The position numbers were made by a program, and so were the translations under genes. The notes beneath the pieces were generated by a model. It was not told the origin of the DNA. It did no database searches and saw only the letters and a list, made by a program, of their open reading frames with translations. A stretch of DNA of 64,000 nt from Acidimicrobiales bacterium (GTDB lineage Bacteria; Actinomycetota; Acidimicrobiia; Acidimicrobiales; JBBRAZ01), in contig JBBRAZ010000017.1 in assembly GCA_038206295.1 (NCBI GenBank), positions 1,122 to 65,121 of the forward strand, written 5' to 3'. Each line of letters begins with the position of its first letter. Position 1 is the stretch's first letter. Positions 25,932 to 41,383 of the stretch are shown here, in pieces.

Positions 25932-27473
25932 TCAGGCGTCCGCAGCCCCTCCAGACGGCATCGGCCGCACGGCGATCCCCAGCAACGACTGCCCGAACGG
26001 CATCTGCACCGCTGACTCGATGCGGCGGATCACCGGCACCGCGTACCGATCGAACGCCTGCACCGCGGATGGCGTCGTGGGCATCTTGCCCATCCGCACC
26101 GCGTACAGCCACCACGCGATGGCGCCAGGGAGGTTCATGTACCGGACGGAGAGCGGCTCCAGCCCAGCAGCGGCGAACTGCTGCTCGAGCTCGTGCTTGC
26201 GGTAGCGACGGACGTGACCGATCCGCAGGTCGAACTCGCTGTAGAGCTCCTCGAGCGCGGGCACGAAGATGATGACCTTGCCACCTGGTCTGACGAGATC
26301 CCGCATCCGCGCCAACGCTCCCGTCGCGTCCGCGATGTGCTCGAGCACGTTGACGGCGACCGCGGCGTCGTAGGTCCCCGTCAGCGTCGGATCGAGGATG
26401 TCGGCGTGCAGCACCTCCACCCGCCCGCCCGACGGGAACCGCTCGTTGAGCAACGGCACCGATCTGCTGGACACCTCCAACGCTGTCACCGCAGCAACCG
26501 CGCTCAATCGCTCGGTGAGATCACCGTGGCCCGCGCCGACCTCGATCACCGCTTCGCCGAGGTGCGGTCGAGCGCAGTCGAAGATCCAATCTGCGTAGTT
26601 GACCGCCCCGCTGAGGGAGTGCAGCGACTCCACGAGCTCGTTGTCTGTGTCGTCGTAGTCCGCAATCCGCCGGGCCGCCCTCTGCCGAGCGCGCCACAGA
26701 CGAGGCCCGACGCGCGAGTACCACAGGATGCACAGCACGGTCACGACACCAGCGACCACACGGGACCGCGAGTGATCGTCGTCGAGCGGCCGCGCCGGGC
26801 AGGAGATGCCAACCTCGAACACCCGGCGGCGGTGCACGGCGAGCTTCGCCACGATCTCGATCTCCACGCCGTAGCGCGACTGCTCCAGATCCAGGCACTG
26901 GATCGCCGACCGCGTGAACGCCTTGCAGCTCGACTCGACATCGGTGAGGTTCAGGTTCGTCGACATGTTGGAGAGCGTGGTGACCGCACGGCTCCCGAGG
27001 CTGCGCCAGAACGGTTCGATGCGTCGCTCCACACGAGGCTTGAACCGCGACCCGAGCACCGCGTCAGCTGAACCAGCCAGCAGCGGCCCGAGCACGTCGT
27101 CGTAGGCGACGAGGTTCGCGTCAGGGTCGGCTTCCTGGATCAACACGAACGGCATCGTCACGCGGGCGATCCCGCTGCGAATCGCATCGCCGCGTCCTCG
27201 ACGACGGTCATGGCGCACGACGACGATCCGCCCGTCGTCGATCGCATCGACGACGGGTCCCGTCCGGTCGGTGGAGCCGTCGTCGACGACGATCACCTGC
27301 CCGGTGTACGGCGACCCGAGGATGCCCTCGAGCGCAGCGGCGATCGTGGCCTCCGCGTTGCGCACCGGCACGATCACCGTCAGGCAGCGGTCGCGCACGC
27401 CCGAGCTGCGGCTGGGGTCCGCGGTCGACACGTCGCCGGCGCCGCCCTCCCTCGATTCGTCGATGACGGCCAT
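25932..27473 (-). CDS. GT2 (polyprenol-phosphate glycosyltransferase-like) + class I methyltransferase fusion
   Basis: VIVPVRN, DDGSTD, GSRF and LTDVES in the N-half; EVGAGHG and NVLEHI in the C-half; start ATG 27473 uncertain. Confidence 0.85.
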   Translation of the reverse strand: MAVIDESREGGAGDVSTADPSRSSGVRDRCLTVIVPVRNAEATIAAALEGILGSPYTGQVIVVDDGSTDRTGPVVDAIDDGRIVVVRHDRRRGRGDAIRSGIARVTMPFVLIQEADPDANLVAYDDVLGPLLAGSADAVLGSRFKPRVERRIEPFWRSLGSRAVTTLSNMSTNLNLTDVESSCKAFTRSAIQCLDLEQSRYGVEIEIVAKLAVHRRRVFEVGISCPARPLDDDHSRSRVVAGVVTVLCILWYSRVGPRLWRARQRAARRIADYDDTDNELVESLHSLSGAVNYADWIFDCARPHLGEAVIEVGAGHGDLTERLSAVAAVTALEVSSRSVPLLNERFPSGGRVEVLHADILDPTLTGTYDAAVAVNVLEHIADATGALARMRDLVRPGGKVIIFVPALEELYSEFDLRIGHVRRYRKHELEQQFAAAGLEPLSVRYMNLPGAIAWWLYAVRMGKMPTTPSAVQAFDRYAVPVIRRIESAVQMPFGQSLLGIAVRPMPSGGAADA

Positions 27474-28626
27474 GCGGGCGCGCAGTGTACTGGTCTCCGC
27501 GTCCAGCGATCGGGGACAGCGACGGCGACACGCGGCGCGCTCCCCCGACGGGCGGCTCGTATGCTGCGCCCATCGATCGACACCTCCTCGCAATCGGCGC
27601 CATCGGCGTGGTCGCCGCAGCGACGTTCCCGCTGGCAGCAGCTCGAAGCGACGGCGCACTCGCCCTCATCTGGCCGAGCAGCGAGACGCCCGCTGGTGCG
27701 CACATCGCTCGCGACTTCCCCGACGAGGAGCTGCCCGCCGGCGACGGCCACGACGGGCAGTACTTCTACGTGATCGCTCGTCAGCCCATGCACCTGGAGG
27801 CCGCGGCGACGGGCCTCGACGCAGCGCAGTACCGGCTGCAACGCCCGATCTTCCCCCTGGCCGCCTGGGCGCTCGCGCCGACCGGCGGCGGCTACGCGCT
27901 CATCGCGGCCATGGCGATCGTCGGCGTGCTGGCGATCGGCCTGACCGTCGCCGCAGCTGCTTCGATCCTGGAACGGCTCGGGGGGCGCCGTGAGCTGGCC
28001 CTGCTCGTGCTCGCGCTCCCAGGCACCTACTGGTCGGTGCGGCTGTCCACCGCTGACAACCTCGCTCTCGCGCTGGCGACCCTCGCCGTAGCGCTCGCGC
28101 TCGCCCGGCGCGACGCGCTCGCAACCGCCATCGCCGTGCTCGCGGTCCTCGCGAAGGAGCCGATCATCCTCGTGCTGATCGGCTTCGCGCTGTGGCGCCG
28201 CGATCGCGCCGCCGTCGCGCTCGCAGCCGTCCCCGCCGTCGCCGCCGGCGCCTGGTACGTGACGCTCGCCGTCCTCCTCGATGCCCCGGGCACACCGGTT
28301 CCGGCGGTCACCTCACCGCTGCACGGCGTCACCGAGGCCTGGCGGCTGGTGTGGTCGGTGGGAATCGCCCGTGACGGGATGCTGATCCTCGTGCTGACCG
28401 TCGGCCTCGCGGTGGCGGCCCTCCTCCGAAGCGGCCTGCGCGGACCGTTCGGCTGGGTGCTCGCGCTGCACCTCGCGCTGTTCGTCGTCATGACCGAGCA
28501 CGTCATCGGCCTCGCGACCAACGTCAGCCGCGCTGGCGCGCCGATCATGCTGTTCAGCCTGCTGACGCTGCTGACGCCGCGTCCCGGGGAGCGCCCCACC
28601 GATGATGCGCCACCCTCCGTCGACGC

Positions 28627-31512
<2,886 letters not shown>

Positions 31513-31546
31513 CGGGCCAGGCTACCGCCTGCCGAGGGACCCACGG

Positions 31547-31562
31547 GCGAACGCCTGTTCGA
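31547..31562. promoter_or_regulatory. LexA (SOS) box upstream of uvrA
   Basis: GCGAAC-GCCT-GTTCGA, one mismatch from TCGAAC-N4-GTTCGA, in the -35 region of the uvrA promoter (TAGCCT at 31524-31519). Confidence 0.75.
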
Positions 31563-31608
31563 CAGCCATTGCGGTCCAGCCCCGTGGCACCGTCGGTACA
31601 CTCCCGCC

Positions 31609-33186
31609 GTGGTCTCGCCGGGTGACGCATCGGCCGCACCTACGGAGCGCCGCCGCACCACCCGGGCGACCGCAGCTGCGGTCGCGCTGGTCGCGCTGGC
31701 GTGCGCGCAGCCGTTCCTCGGGTTCCTCAGCCACAACCGCGACCAGATCCACGACGTCGGCGCGGTGCTCACGTACGCAGCCGCGACGGTGGTCATCTGC
31801 GTCGGCGTCCTCCTGCTCCTGCTGCGCCGCGACCGAGCGGCACCCGCCACCTCCGCCACGCTCGTCACGGTGCTCGTGGTGTCGTTCTTCAGCTTCAGCT
31901 CCTGGCTCTCGCCGTATCCCTCCGCTGATGGCCGGCTGGTGCAGGCCGGGGTGTGGTTGCTGGTGACGGCGCTCGCGATGCGCCTCGCGTCCATGCTCGT
32001 GCGCCGCCACCCCGCCACGTTCGGGTACCTGCTGGTGTTCGTCGCGGTGAACGCGCTCGTGCCGACCGTGGCGCTGGTGCGGGCCGAGGTCTCCGATGCC
32101 GGACCTGACGCCGCCCTCGCCGAGGCGGACCTCGAGATCCCCATCGCCCCGATCGAGGGCACGGCACCGAACGTGTACTGGTTCGTGATCGACGAGTACG
32201 GCCGAGCGGACCAGCTCGCCGCGGTCTACGGCATCGACAACGAGCCCTTCGTCGACGCCTTGTCGGAGCGCGGCTTCGATGTGGCGGAGCGATCGTGGGC
32301 GAGCTACCCGCGGACGCACCTCTCGCTCGCGACCACGCTGTCGATGGACTACACGGTCGTTCCGGGCACCCCCCTCGTCGACGAGTACACCGAGGTGTCC
32401 CCCATCGTCCGCGGCGACAACGCCGTCGTCCAGAGGTTCCGCGACCACGGCTACCGGTACCTCTACAGCGACGATCACTTCCAGGAGTGGCGCGCGTGCG
32501 ACCCGGCGCTCGCCGATGTCTGCTTGCCGTACGCCCAGACGGGCACACCGCTGCGCGAGGTCGACCTGAAGCTGCTCCAGCTCACCCCGATCGGCCCGTT
32601 CGTCCAGCCCGGGTTCACCTACACCGACCCGGTGCAGATCGTCGACGCCCTCGAGGCGCACACCGGCGACGCCGCCGATCCGGCGTTCGTGTTCGCGCAC
32701 GTCATGACCCCCCACTGGCCCTACCGCTTCGAAGAGGACTGCAGCGACCGCGGCGAGCTGCTCGACCACCTGCGCCTCACCATCGAGCAGCGCAAGGGCG
32801 CGTACGCCACCGATCTGCGATGCATGAACGCGCTCATCCTCGAGGGAGTCGACCGCCTCGTGGCGCGCGACCCGACCGCGATCATCATCGTGCAGGCCGA
32901 CCACGGGTCCGGCCTCGATCTCCCGTGGCTCGAGGACCCCGCAGCGTGGACCCCGGCGCACAGGGCCGAGCGGTACTCGCCGCTCAACGCCATCCGCCTC
33001 CCCGATCGCTGCTCCTCGCACCGCATCGAGGACCAGCCCCTGGTCAACACGTTCCGCATCGTGTTCGCCTGCCTCGAGGGCCAGCAGATCCCGCTGCTGC
33101 CCTGGCGCGCCTTCCTGTCCCCCTACGACCAGGTGCACGACATCGTCGAGCTCGACACCGCGGCGATCGCCGGCGCAGCCGGCTGA
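31609..33186 (+). CDS. Multi-TM membrane protein with alkaline-phosphatase-superfamily domain (paralogue of 22969-24492)
   Basis: FVIDEYGR, YPRTHLS, HVMTPHWPY and ADHG; GTG 31609 lies 6 nt after TACACT. Confidence 0.8.
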   Translation: MVSPGDASAAPTERRRTTRATAAAVALVALACAQPFLGFLSHNRDQIHDVGAVLTYAAATVVICVGVLLLLLRRDRAAPATSATLVTVLVVSFFSFSSWLSPYPSADGRLVQAGVWLLVTALAMRLASMLVRRHPATFGYLLVFVAVNALVPTVALVRAEVSDAGPDAALAEADLEIPIAPIEGTAPNVYWFVIDEYGRADQLAAVYGIDNEPFVDALSERGFDVAERSWASYPRTHLSLATTLSMDYTVVPGTPLVDEYTEVSPIVRGDNAVVQRFRDHGYRYLYSDDHFQEWRACDPALADVCLPYAQTGTPLREVDLKLLQLTPIGPFVQPGFTYTDPVQIVDALEAHTGDAADPAFVFAHVMTPHWPYRFEEDCSDRGELLDHLRLTIEQRKGAYATDLRCMNALILEGVDRLVARDPTAIIIVQADHGSGLDLPWLEDPAAWTPAHRAERYSPLNAIRLPDRCSSHRIEDQPLVNTFRIVFACLEGQQIPLLPWRAFLSPYDQVHDIVELDTAAIAGAAG

Positions 33187-33306
33187 CCGGAGCGCGGCGC
33201 CCTGCCGGAAGGCTGGACCCGCAGCTCGCGGCGAGGTGACGACGCCGCTCGGGCGCATCGACGACCGGCCGGACCCGCCGCGCGCCGCCTGGTCTAACCT
33301 CGCCGC

Positions 33307-34740
33307 ATGCAGGGCGCTCTCCGCCAGACCCAGGCGCGCGCTGCACCGAGCGGGTGGGTGCGTGCGCACCGCACCGAGCTGCTCCTCGTCGCCGCGGTCC
33401 TCGTGCTGACGGTGCCGTTCCTGCGCACCCTCTCGACGCAGCCCGCGTCGCGCTACCTCTTCACGGTGGCGGTCGTCGACGATGGCACCGTCACCCTCGA
33501 CCCGTACCGCTCATCGCTCGGCGACGACCAGGCGATCGTCGACGGGCGCGTCATCTCCGACAAGGCCCCGTACCAGCCGTTCGCCACCATGCCCGTGTAC
33601 TGGGCCTACCGGGCCGCCGGCGGCGACCCGTTCCCCGCCGACGTCCCCACCGGCGCCCTCGGCGAGACCGCGACGGTCGGGCTCTGGCTCGTCACGCTCG
33701 TGTCGTCCGCCCTCCCCGCCGCCGCGCTGGCGGTGGTGATCCACCGGCACGCCGCAACGCTCGCCCCGGCGGTCGCTGCACCGGTCGCGCTCGCCCTGGT
33801 GGTCGGCACGGTCGTCCTGCCGTTCGGATCGATGCTGTTCGGGCACGTGCTCGCCGCGCTGACCGGCTTCGCCGCCTGGCACCTCGTGCGAGCCGAGCAC
33901 CCGCGCGCCGCCAGGCTCGTGGGTGCCGGCGCGCTGCTCGGTGCCAGCATCGGCGTCGAGTACCCGCAGATCGTGGTCGCCGCGGTCGTCGGGGTCGCCT
34001 CGATCGTCCTGCTCCGCCAGCGAGCGGCGTGGGTCGCAGCAGGCGGCGTGCTCGGCATCGCCCCCCTGCTCGCCTACAACTCGATCGTGTTCGGTTCGCC
34101 GTTCACCACCGCCTACCAGGGGCACCTCCCCAACTTCCATGGCAGCGGCGCCTTCGGCGTGTACAACCTCGTCGCGCCGCAGCCACGACAGCTCGGCCTG
34201 GCGCTGATCGGCGACCGCGGGCTGCTCACCCTGACCCCGGTGGTGCTCATCGCCCTGGTCGCCTGCGTCGTGGCGATCCGCCGGCGCACCCCGGCGCGCA
34301 CCGACGCCGTCGTGGCGCTGGTCCTCCTGGCGGTGTTCGTCCTCATCTCGACGGGCATCGACGGCTACGGCGGCAGCTCGCCAGGTCCGCGCTACCTGGT
34401 GCCGATCATCCCCTTCTTCGCCCACCCGCTCGCCGAGGCGTTCGTGTCGTGGCGACGGCTCAGCGTCGGCGCCGCGCTGTGGGGCGCGGGCTGGATGGTC
34501 CTGGCCACCATGACCGACCCGCTCTACGAGCGGGGAAACGCTGCGACCATCGACTGGCTGCGCGACGCCATCGATGGATCGTTCCAGCGCACCATCCCCG
34601 GCGAGCTGCTCGGCGACCCCGCAGCGCTGCTCCTCGTGCCCTGCGCCGCAGCGTGCGCCGTCGCTGCGTGCCGCGCCGGCGCCCGCGGCGCGGTCGCGGC
34701 GGAGGCGGCCGAGCCCCTGACCACCCTGGAGGCGACGTGA
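33307..34740 (+). CDS. Polytopic membrane protein, GT-C-like
   Basis: Extracytoplasmic loop with DKAPYQP, more than 10 TM helices, EYP and PGPRYLVP motifs; translationally coupled to the GT2-MTase gene. Confidence 0.7.
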   Translation: MQGALRQTQARAAPSGWVRAHRTELLLVAAVLVLTVPFLRTLSTQPASRYLFTVAVVDDGTVTLDPYRSSLGDDQAIVDGRVISDKAPYQPFATMPVYWAYRAAGGDPFPADVPTGALGETATVGLWLVTLVSSALPAAALAVVIHRHAATLAPAVAAPVALALVVGTVVLPFGSMLFGHVLAALTGFAAWHLVRAEHPRAARLVGAGALLGASIGVEYPQIVVAAVVGVASIVLLRQRAAWVAAGGVLGIAPLLAYNSIVFGSPFTTAYQGHLPNFHGSGAFGVYNLVAPQPRQLGLALIGDRGLLTLTPVVLIALVACVVAIRRRTPARTDAVVALVLLAVFVLISTGIDGYGGSSPGPRYLVPIIPFFAHPLAEAFVSWRRLSVGAALWGAGWMVLATMTDPLYERGNAATIDWLRDAIDGSFQRTIPGELLGDPAALLLVPCAAACAVAACRAGARGAVAAEAAEPLTTLEAT

Positions 34741-36209
34741 AGCGGATCGGGATCCTCGTCGTCGCCTACAACGCGGCGAGCACGCTGCACACGGTCCTGG
34801 ACCGGATCCCGGTCGAGTTCCGACCGCAGATCACCGGTGTGCTGATCTCCGACGACGCGAGCAGCGACGCCACGTACCTCGTCGGCCTCGGCTACCAGGC
34901 CTCGACGCCCACCCTGCCGCTGACCGTCCTGCGCCAGCCACGCAACCTCGGCTACGGCGGCAACCAGAAGGTCGGCTACCGGTGGGCGATCGACAACGAC
35001 CTGGACATCGTCGTGCTCCTGCACGGCGACGGGCAGTACGCACCCGAGATGCTCCCGGCGATCGTCGAGAAGCTGGTGACCGGCGAGTGCTCTGCGGTCA
35101 TGGGCTCCCGCATGCTGGAGCGCGGCGGCGCCCGACGGGGCGGCATGCCCATGTACAAGTACGTGGGCAACCGCATCCTCACCTCCTTCGAGAACCGGGT
35201 GATGGGCTCCTCGCTCAGCGAGTGGCACTCCGGGTACCGCGCCTACAGCGTCGCTGCGCTGCGCGACATCCCGTTTGAGGTGAACAGCGACGGCTTCGAC
35301 TTCGACACGCAGGTGATCGTCCAGCTCATGGAGGCGGGCAAGCACATCTGCGAGATCCCGATCCCGACGTTCTACGGCGACGAGATCTCGCGGGTCAACG
35401 GCATGAAGTACGCGTTCGACATCTGCCGCCACGTCGTGCGCTACCGGTTCCAGAAGATGGGCTTCGGCCAGGGCGACCTCGTGTTCGCCACGAGGTCCTA
35501 CGAGCAGAAGGTGGGTGCCGACAGCTCGCACGCGCAGGTCGTGTCGATGATCGGCACGAGCGCCGCGCTGCGGATCCTCGACCTGGGCTGCGGCGACGGC
35601 ACGGTCGGCAGCGAGCTCCGGCGCGCCGGCCACACCGTGGTGGGCGTCGACCTGCACCCCGCGCCCGGAGCAGCCGACCGCCTCGATCGCTTCGTCGTCG
35701 CCGACCTCGACGACGGCTTGCCCCCCGACATCGGAGACGGCTTCGACGTCGTGCTCGCCGCCGACGTGTTCGAGCACCTCAAGCAGCCAGATCGGCTCCT
35801 CGACGAGCTGCGCGCGGTGCTCGCCCCCGGCGGCCGCATCGTCGCCAGCATCCCCAACGTGGCCCACTGGTACCCGCGCCTCCGCTTCGCCTCCGGCCGC
35901 TTCGACTACGACTCCCGCGGCATCCTCGACCGCACCCACCTCCGGTTCTTCACGCGGGCGAGCTTCACGCGGCTCGCCGCCGCGAGCGGCTACGCCGTCG
36001 GTCGCGTGCGCTCGACCAGCCTGCCCCTCGAGGTGCTCGACCGAGGCAGGTCCGCGGTCGGCGAGAGCGGCGCGCGGCGCGCGGTGCGCGCCACCGATCG
36101 CATCTCGCGCGCGGCGCTCCCGAACCTCTTCACCTACCAGTGGCTCTTCGAGCTGCGAGCGACCGGCGGGAGCCCGGCTGCCCGCCACGCCGTGGCCGGC
36201 GACGACCCG

Positions 36210-36227
<18 letters not shown>
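34737..36227 (+). CDS. GT2 + class I methyltransferase fusion
   Basis: VVAYNAA, DDASSD, HGDGQY, GSRM and HSGYRAY; LDLGCGDG and ADVFEHL; GTG start overlaps the upstream TGA. Confidence 0.9.
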
Positions 36228-38228
<2,001 letters not shown>

Positions 38229-38238
38229 GTCGAACAGG

Positions 38239-39603
38239 CTACGGGCGAGCGAAGCAGTCCAGCGCGTACGCCTCCAGCGATGGTCGCGACCACTCCTCGC
38301 ACGGCACGAGTCCAGGGGGTCGCCAGGCTCGAAGCTCGTGGGACAGCACCCACAGCCTCCCCTCCCACGCTCGGTCGCCGACCACGTACGTGAACACGCC
38401 GTCGGCGGTGACGCCTGGCACCGGCTCGCCGTCGATCGGGGCGCCGAGGCTCCACACGAGCACGTGCGAGAGGAAGTCGGGGCTCAGCGCCACGGCGTCG
38501 CCCGGCGAGACCGACGCCGCGAGCGCACGCACCGCCGGCCCGGACTCCTCCTCGTAGCGCACCGCTGGCACCAGCGACGGCAGGACCATCGCCGCGAGCA
38601 GGACGGCGACGACCACCGGCCAGAGCCCGGCGCGGCGGCGCGACTCCTCTGCGAGCGCGGCGAGAGCGATCACGTAGCCGAAGGCGCTCGCCGCGAGGGA
38701 CCGGGCGACCAGCACGGGTGCGACGAAGCCGAGCGCGGCGGTCGCCAGCACCGGGATGGCGCACAGCGAGAGCCACGCCCATCCGAGCACCGGATCGCGG
38801 CGGTGCAGCGACCACCCGCCGACCGCCACGGCCAGCAACGCCACGGGTGCGCCATCCGGGTAGAAGAGCACGACGACCCGACCGACCTCGGCGACGGCCT
38901 GCTGCGGGTCCGCGAGCGCGATCCACTGCCCGGTGCCGTTGCCGAGCTGCCCTGCGAGCGAGGGACTCCACGCCGCTGCCCAGACCACAGCGGGCACGAC
39001 GATCGCTGCGCGCCACCGCCACGCCTCTGGGTCGCGGCGTCGCCCCGGCAGCAGCGCCAGCCCGGCGATGAGCGACCAGCCGGTGTTGTCGGCGGCAGCA
39101 GCGACGAGGACCAGCGCGCCGACCGCTGCGAGGTGCCAGCGTCGTGGTGCTCGCAGCCACCCGACGGCGAGCACGAAGGCGGCCACCCCGCACAGCAGCA
39201 GGAGGGCGTACATCCTCGCCATGCGGCCGTAGAACACGAAGAACGGAAGGACCGCCGTCAGGAGCACGACCCAGGTGCCGAACCACCCCTGCGTGCGAGC
39301 CCAGCGCCAGACGAGCAGCAGCGCACCGCAGGACAGGACCGCCGACGGCGCCCGCAGCCAGAGCGTGCTGCCGTCGTGCACCACCGGGTGACGCAGCACG
39401 TAGTCGAGCGGCGGGTGCACGTCCTGATCGACGAGGCGCCCCACCAGCGCGCTGAGCGGCGAGCGCGCCAGCACGCCGGTGAACTGCTCGTCGGCGCTCG
39501 GGGCGCTGCCGCCGAGGTCGATCCATCGCAGCACCACGCCCACCGCCAGCGCCAGGCCCGTAGCGAGCCGCGCCCCCGACCCGTCGGTGCGTCCCCGGTC
39601 CAC
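38239..39603 (-). CDS. GT-C (PMT/ArnT-like, family 39-like) membrane glycosyltransferase
   Basis: [19 protein letters not shown] and ARMYALL motifs followed by multiple TM helices. Confidence 0.8.
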   Translation of the reverse strand: MDRGRTDGSGARLATGLALAVGVVLRWIDLGGSAPSADEQFTGVLARSPLSALVGRLVDQDVHPPLDYVLRHPVVHDGSTLWLRAPSAVLSCGALLLVWRWARTQGWFGTWVVLLTAVLPFFVFYGRMARMYALLLLCGVAAFVLAVGWLRAPRRWHLAAVGALVLVAAAADNTGWSLIAGLALLPGRRRDPEAWRWRAAIVVPAVVWAAAWSPSLAGQLGNGTGQWIALADPQQAVAEVGRVVVLFYPDGAPVALLAVAVGGWSLHRRDPVLGWAWLSLCAIPVLATAALGFVAPVLVARSLAASAFGYVIALAALAEESRRRAGLWPVVVAVLLAAMVLPSLVPAVRYEEESGPAVRALAASVSPGDAVALSPDFLSHVLVWSLGAPIDGEPVPGVTADGVFTYVVGDRAWEGRLWVLSHELRAWRPPGLVPCEEWSRPSLEAYALDCFARP

Positions 39604-39730
39604 CGGCGCAGCCTACGGTGCGGTCCCCGCCTTCCGGGGGAGCGATGGCGGCACCTCCCAGGGCTACGCTCGTCGCCGGATCCGCTCCCCCGGTTGCGGA
39701 TCGCGCCCATCGACCATCGGGAGCACGATC

Positions 39731-40501
39731 GTGAAGGATGCACTCGGCGCCGTCGAGTCAGCGCTGGTTCTCGGCGGCAGCTCGGACATCGCGGTGGCGA
39801 TCATCGAGCGGCTGGCCGCCGATCGGTGCCGCCGCGTGGTGCTGGCGGTCCGTGATCCCGAGGGACACGCGGCCACCACCGCCGCAGAGCGGGTGCGCGC
39901 CGCAGGCGTCTCGCAGGTCGAGCTCGTCGCCTTCGACGCCGGCGCGCCCCAGGACCACCATCGCGTCCTGGCGACCACGACCGACCGCATCGGCGACGTG
40001 GACCTCGTGCTGGTCGCCTTCGGCGTCCTCGGCGACCAGGCCGCCTACGACGACGATCCGGAGGCGGCCGCAGCGGATGCCGCCACCAACTACGCCGGCA
40101 CCGTGTCGGTCGGCCTCCAGGCGGCGCGCACGCTACGGGCCCAGGGCCACGGCACGCTGGTGGTCCTGTCGTCGGTCGCCGCCGAGCGCGCCCGGAAGAC
40201 CAACTACGTGTACGGCTCGGCCAAGGCGGGCGTGGACGCGTTCACCCAGGGCCTCGGCGACGCGCTGATCGGCTCCGGAGCGCGGGCGATGGTCGTGCGC
40301 CCCGGCTTCGTGCACTCGCGCATGACCGATGGCATGGAGCCCCAGCCGTTCGCCACCACCCCCGAGAAGGTCGCCGACGCGGTCGCCGACGGGCTGCGGC
40401 GAGGCCGCGAGATCATCTGGGTGCCGGGCATCCTGCGCTGGCTGTTCGTCGTGATGCGCCACCTGCCACGCCCGCTGTGGCGCATCGTGTCCGCGCGATG
40501 A
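39731..40501 (+). CDS. dprE2: Decaprenylphospho-keto-pentose reductase (DprE2-like SDR)
   Basis: LGGSSDIA, LSSVA, NYVYGSAKAG and VRPGFV; clustered with ubiA and dprE1. Confidence 0.85.
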   Translation: MKDALGAVESALVLGGSSDIAVAIIERLAADRCRRVVLAVRDPEGHAATTAAERVRAAGVSQVELVAFDAGAPQDHHRVLATTTDRIGDVDLVLVAFGVLGDQAAYDDDPEAAAADAATNYAGTVSVGLQAARTLRAQGHGTLVVLSSVAAERARKTNYVYGSAKAGVDAFTQGLGDALIGSGARAMVVRPGFVHSRMTDGMEPQPFATTPEKVADAVADGLRRGREIIWVPGILRWLFVVMRHLPRPLWRIVSAR

Positions 40502-41379
40502 GCGGCACCGCCGGCGCCTGGCTGCGAGCGGCGCGCCCCAAGCAGTGGATCAAGAACCTCCTCGTGTTCGCTGCGCCGGGCGCGGCGGGCGTGCTGGACC
40601 AGGGCGACGACCTGGCGCGCACCTGCGGCGCCTTCGTGTGCTTCTGCGCGGTGGCCTCCGGCACGTACCTCCTCAACGACGCCCGCGACGTCGAGTCCGA
40701 CCGGCTCCACCCCACCAAGCGCGAGCGCCCCATCGCAGCAGGAGAGGTTCCCGTGCGCGCCGCGGTCCCCGTCGGCATCGTCGTGCTGCTGCTGGGCGTG
40801 CTCGCCGGCGCTGCGATCGACCCGAACCTCGGGGTCGCGCTGGCCGCCTACATCGCCATCACCGCCTCCTACTCGTGGGGGCTGCGCGACATCGCGGTCG
40901 TCGACCTCCTCGCCATCGCCAGCGGCTTCGTGCTCCGAGCCATCGCGGGGGCCACCGCTGTCGACGTGCCCATCTCGGACTGGTTCTTCATCGTGACCTC
41001 TGCCGGCGCGCTGTTCATGGCCGTTGGGAAGCGCACGGGCGAGGCCGGGGAGCTCACCGTCGAGCTGGCCGCAGCCATCCGCCCCACGCTCGCCGCCTAC
41101 TCCCCCGCGTACCTCTCCTACCTCCGCTCGGTCACCTCCGGCGTGCTGCTGGTCGCCTACTGCCTGTGGGCCTTCGAGACCGCTGACGTCGCGGACGCGA
41201 CCGGCATCTGGTACGAGCTGTCGATCGTGCCGTTCGCCGCCGCGATCTTCCGCTACGCGCTGCTCGTCGACCAGGGCCAGGGAAGCGCGCCGGAGCAGGT
41301 GGTGCTCACCGACCGGGTGCTGCAGGCGATCGGTTGCGCGTGGCTGGTCGTGTACGGCGTCGCCGTCTACGGGAGCTGA
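40498..41379 (+). CDS. Polyprenyl-phosphate phosphoribosyltransferase (UbiA family, Rv3806c/NoeC-like)
   Basis: RPKQWIKNLLVF and YLLNDARDVESDRLHPTKRERPIAAG; multi-TM; ATG overlaps the dprE2 stop. Confidence 0.9.
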   Translation: MSGTAGAWLRAARPKQWIKNLLVFAAPGAAGVLDQGDDLARTCGAFVCFCAVASGTYLLNDARDVESDRLHPTKRERPIAAGEVPVRAAVPVGIVVLLLGVLAGAAIDPNLGVALAAYIAITASYSWGLRDIAVVDLLAIASGFVLRAIAGATAVDVPISDWFFIVTSAGALFMAVGKRTGEAGELTVELAAAIRPTLAAYSPAYLSYLRSVTSGVLLVAYCLWAFETADVADATGIWYELSIVPFAAAIFRYALLVDQGQGSAPEQVVLTDRVLQAIGCAWLVVYGVAVYGS

Positions 41380-41383
41380 CGCC

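Noticed and set aside
38230-38245. Possible LexA box at uvrB (TCGAAC-AGGC-TACGGG)
   Set aside because: Only one half-site matches; the rest is the TAGCCT -10 element.
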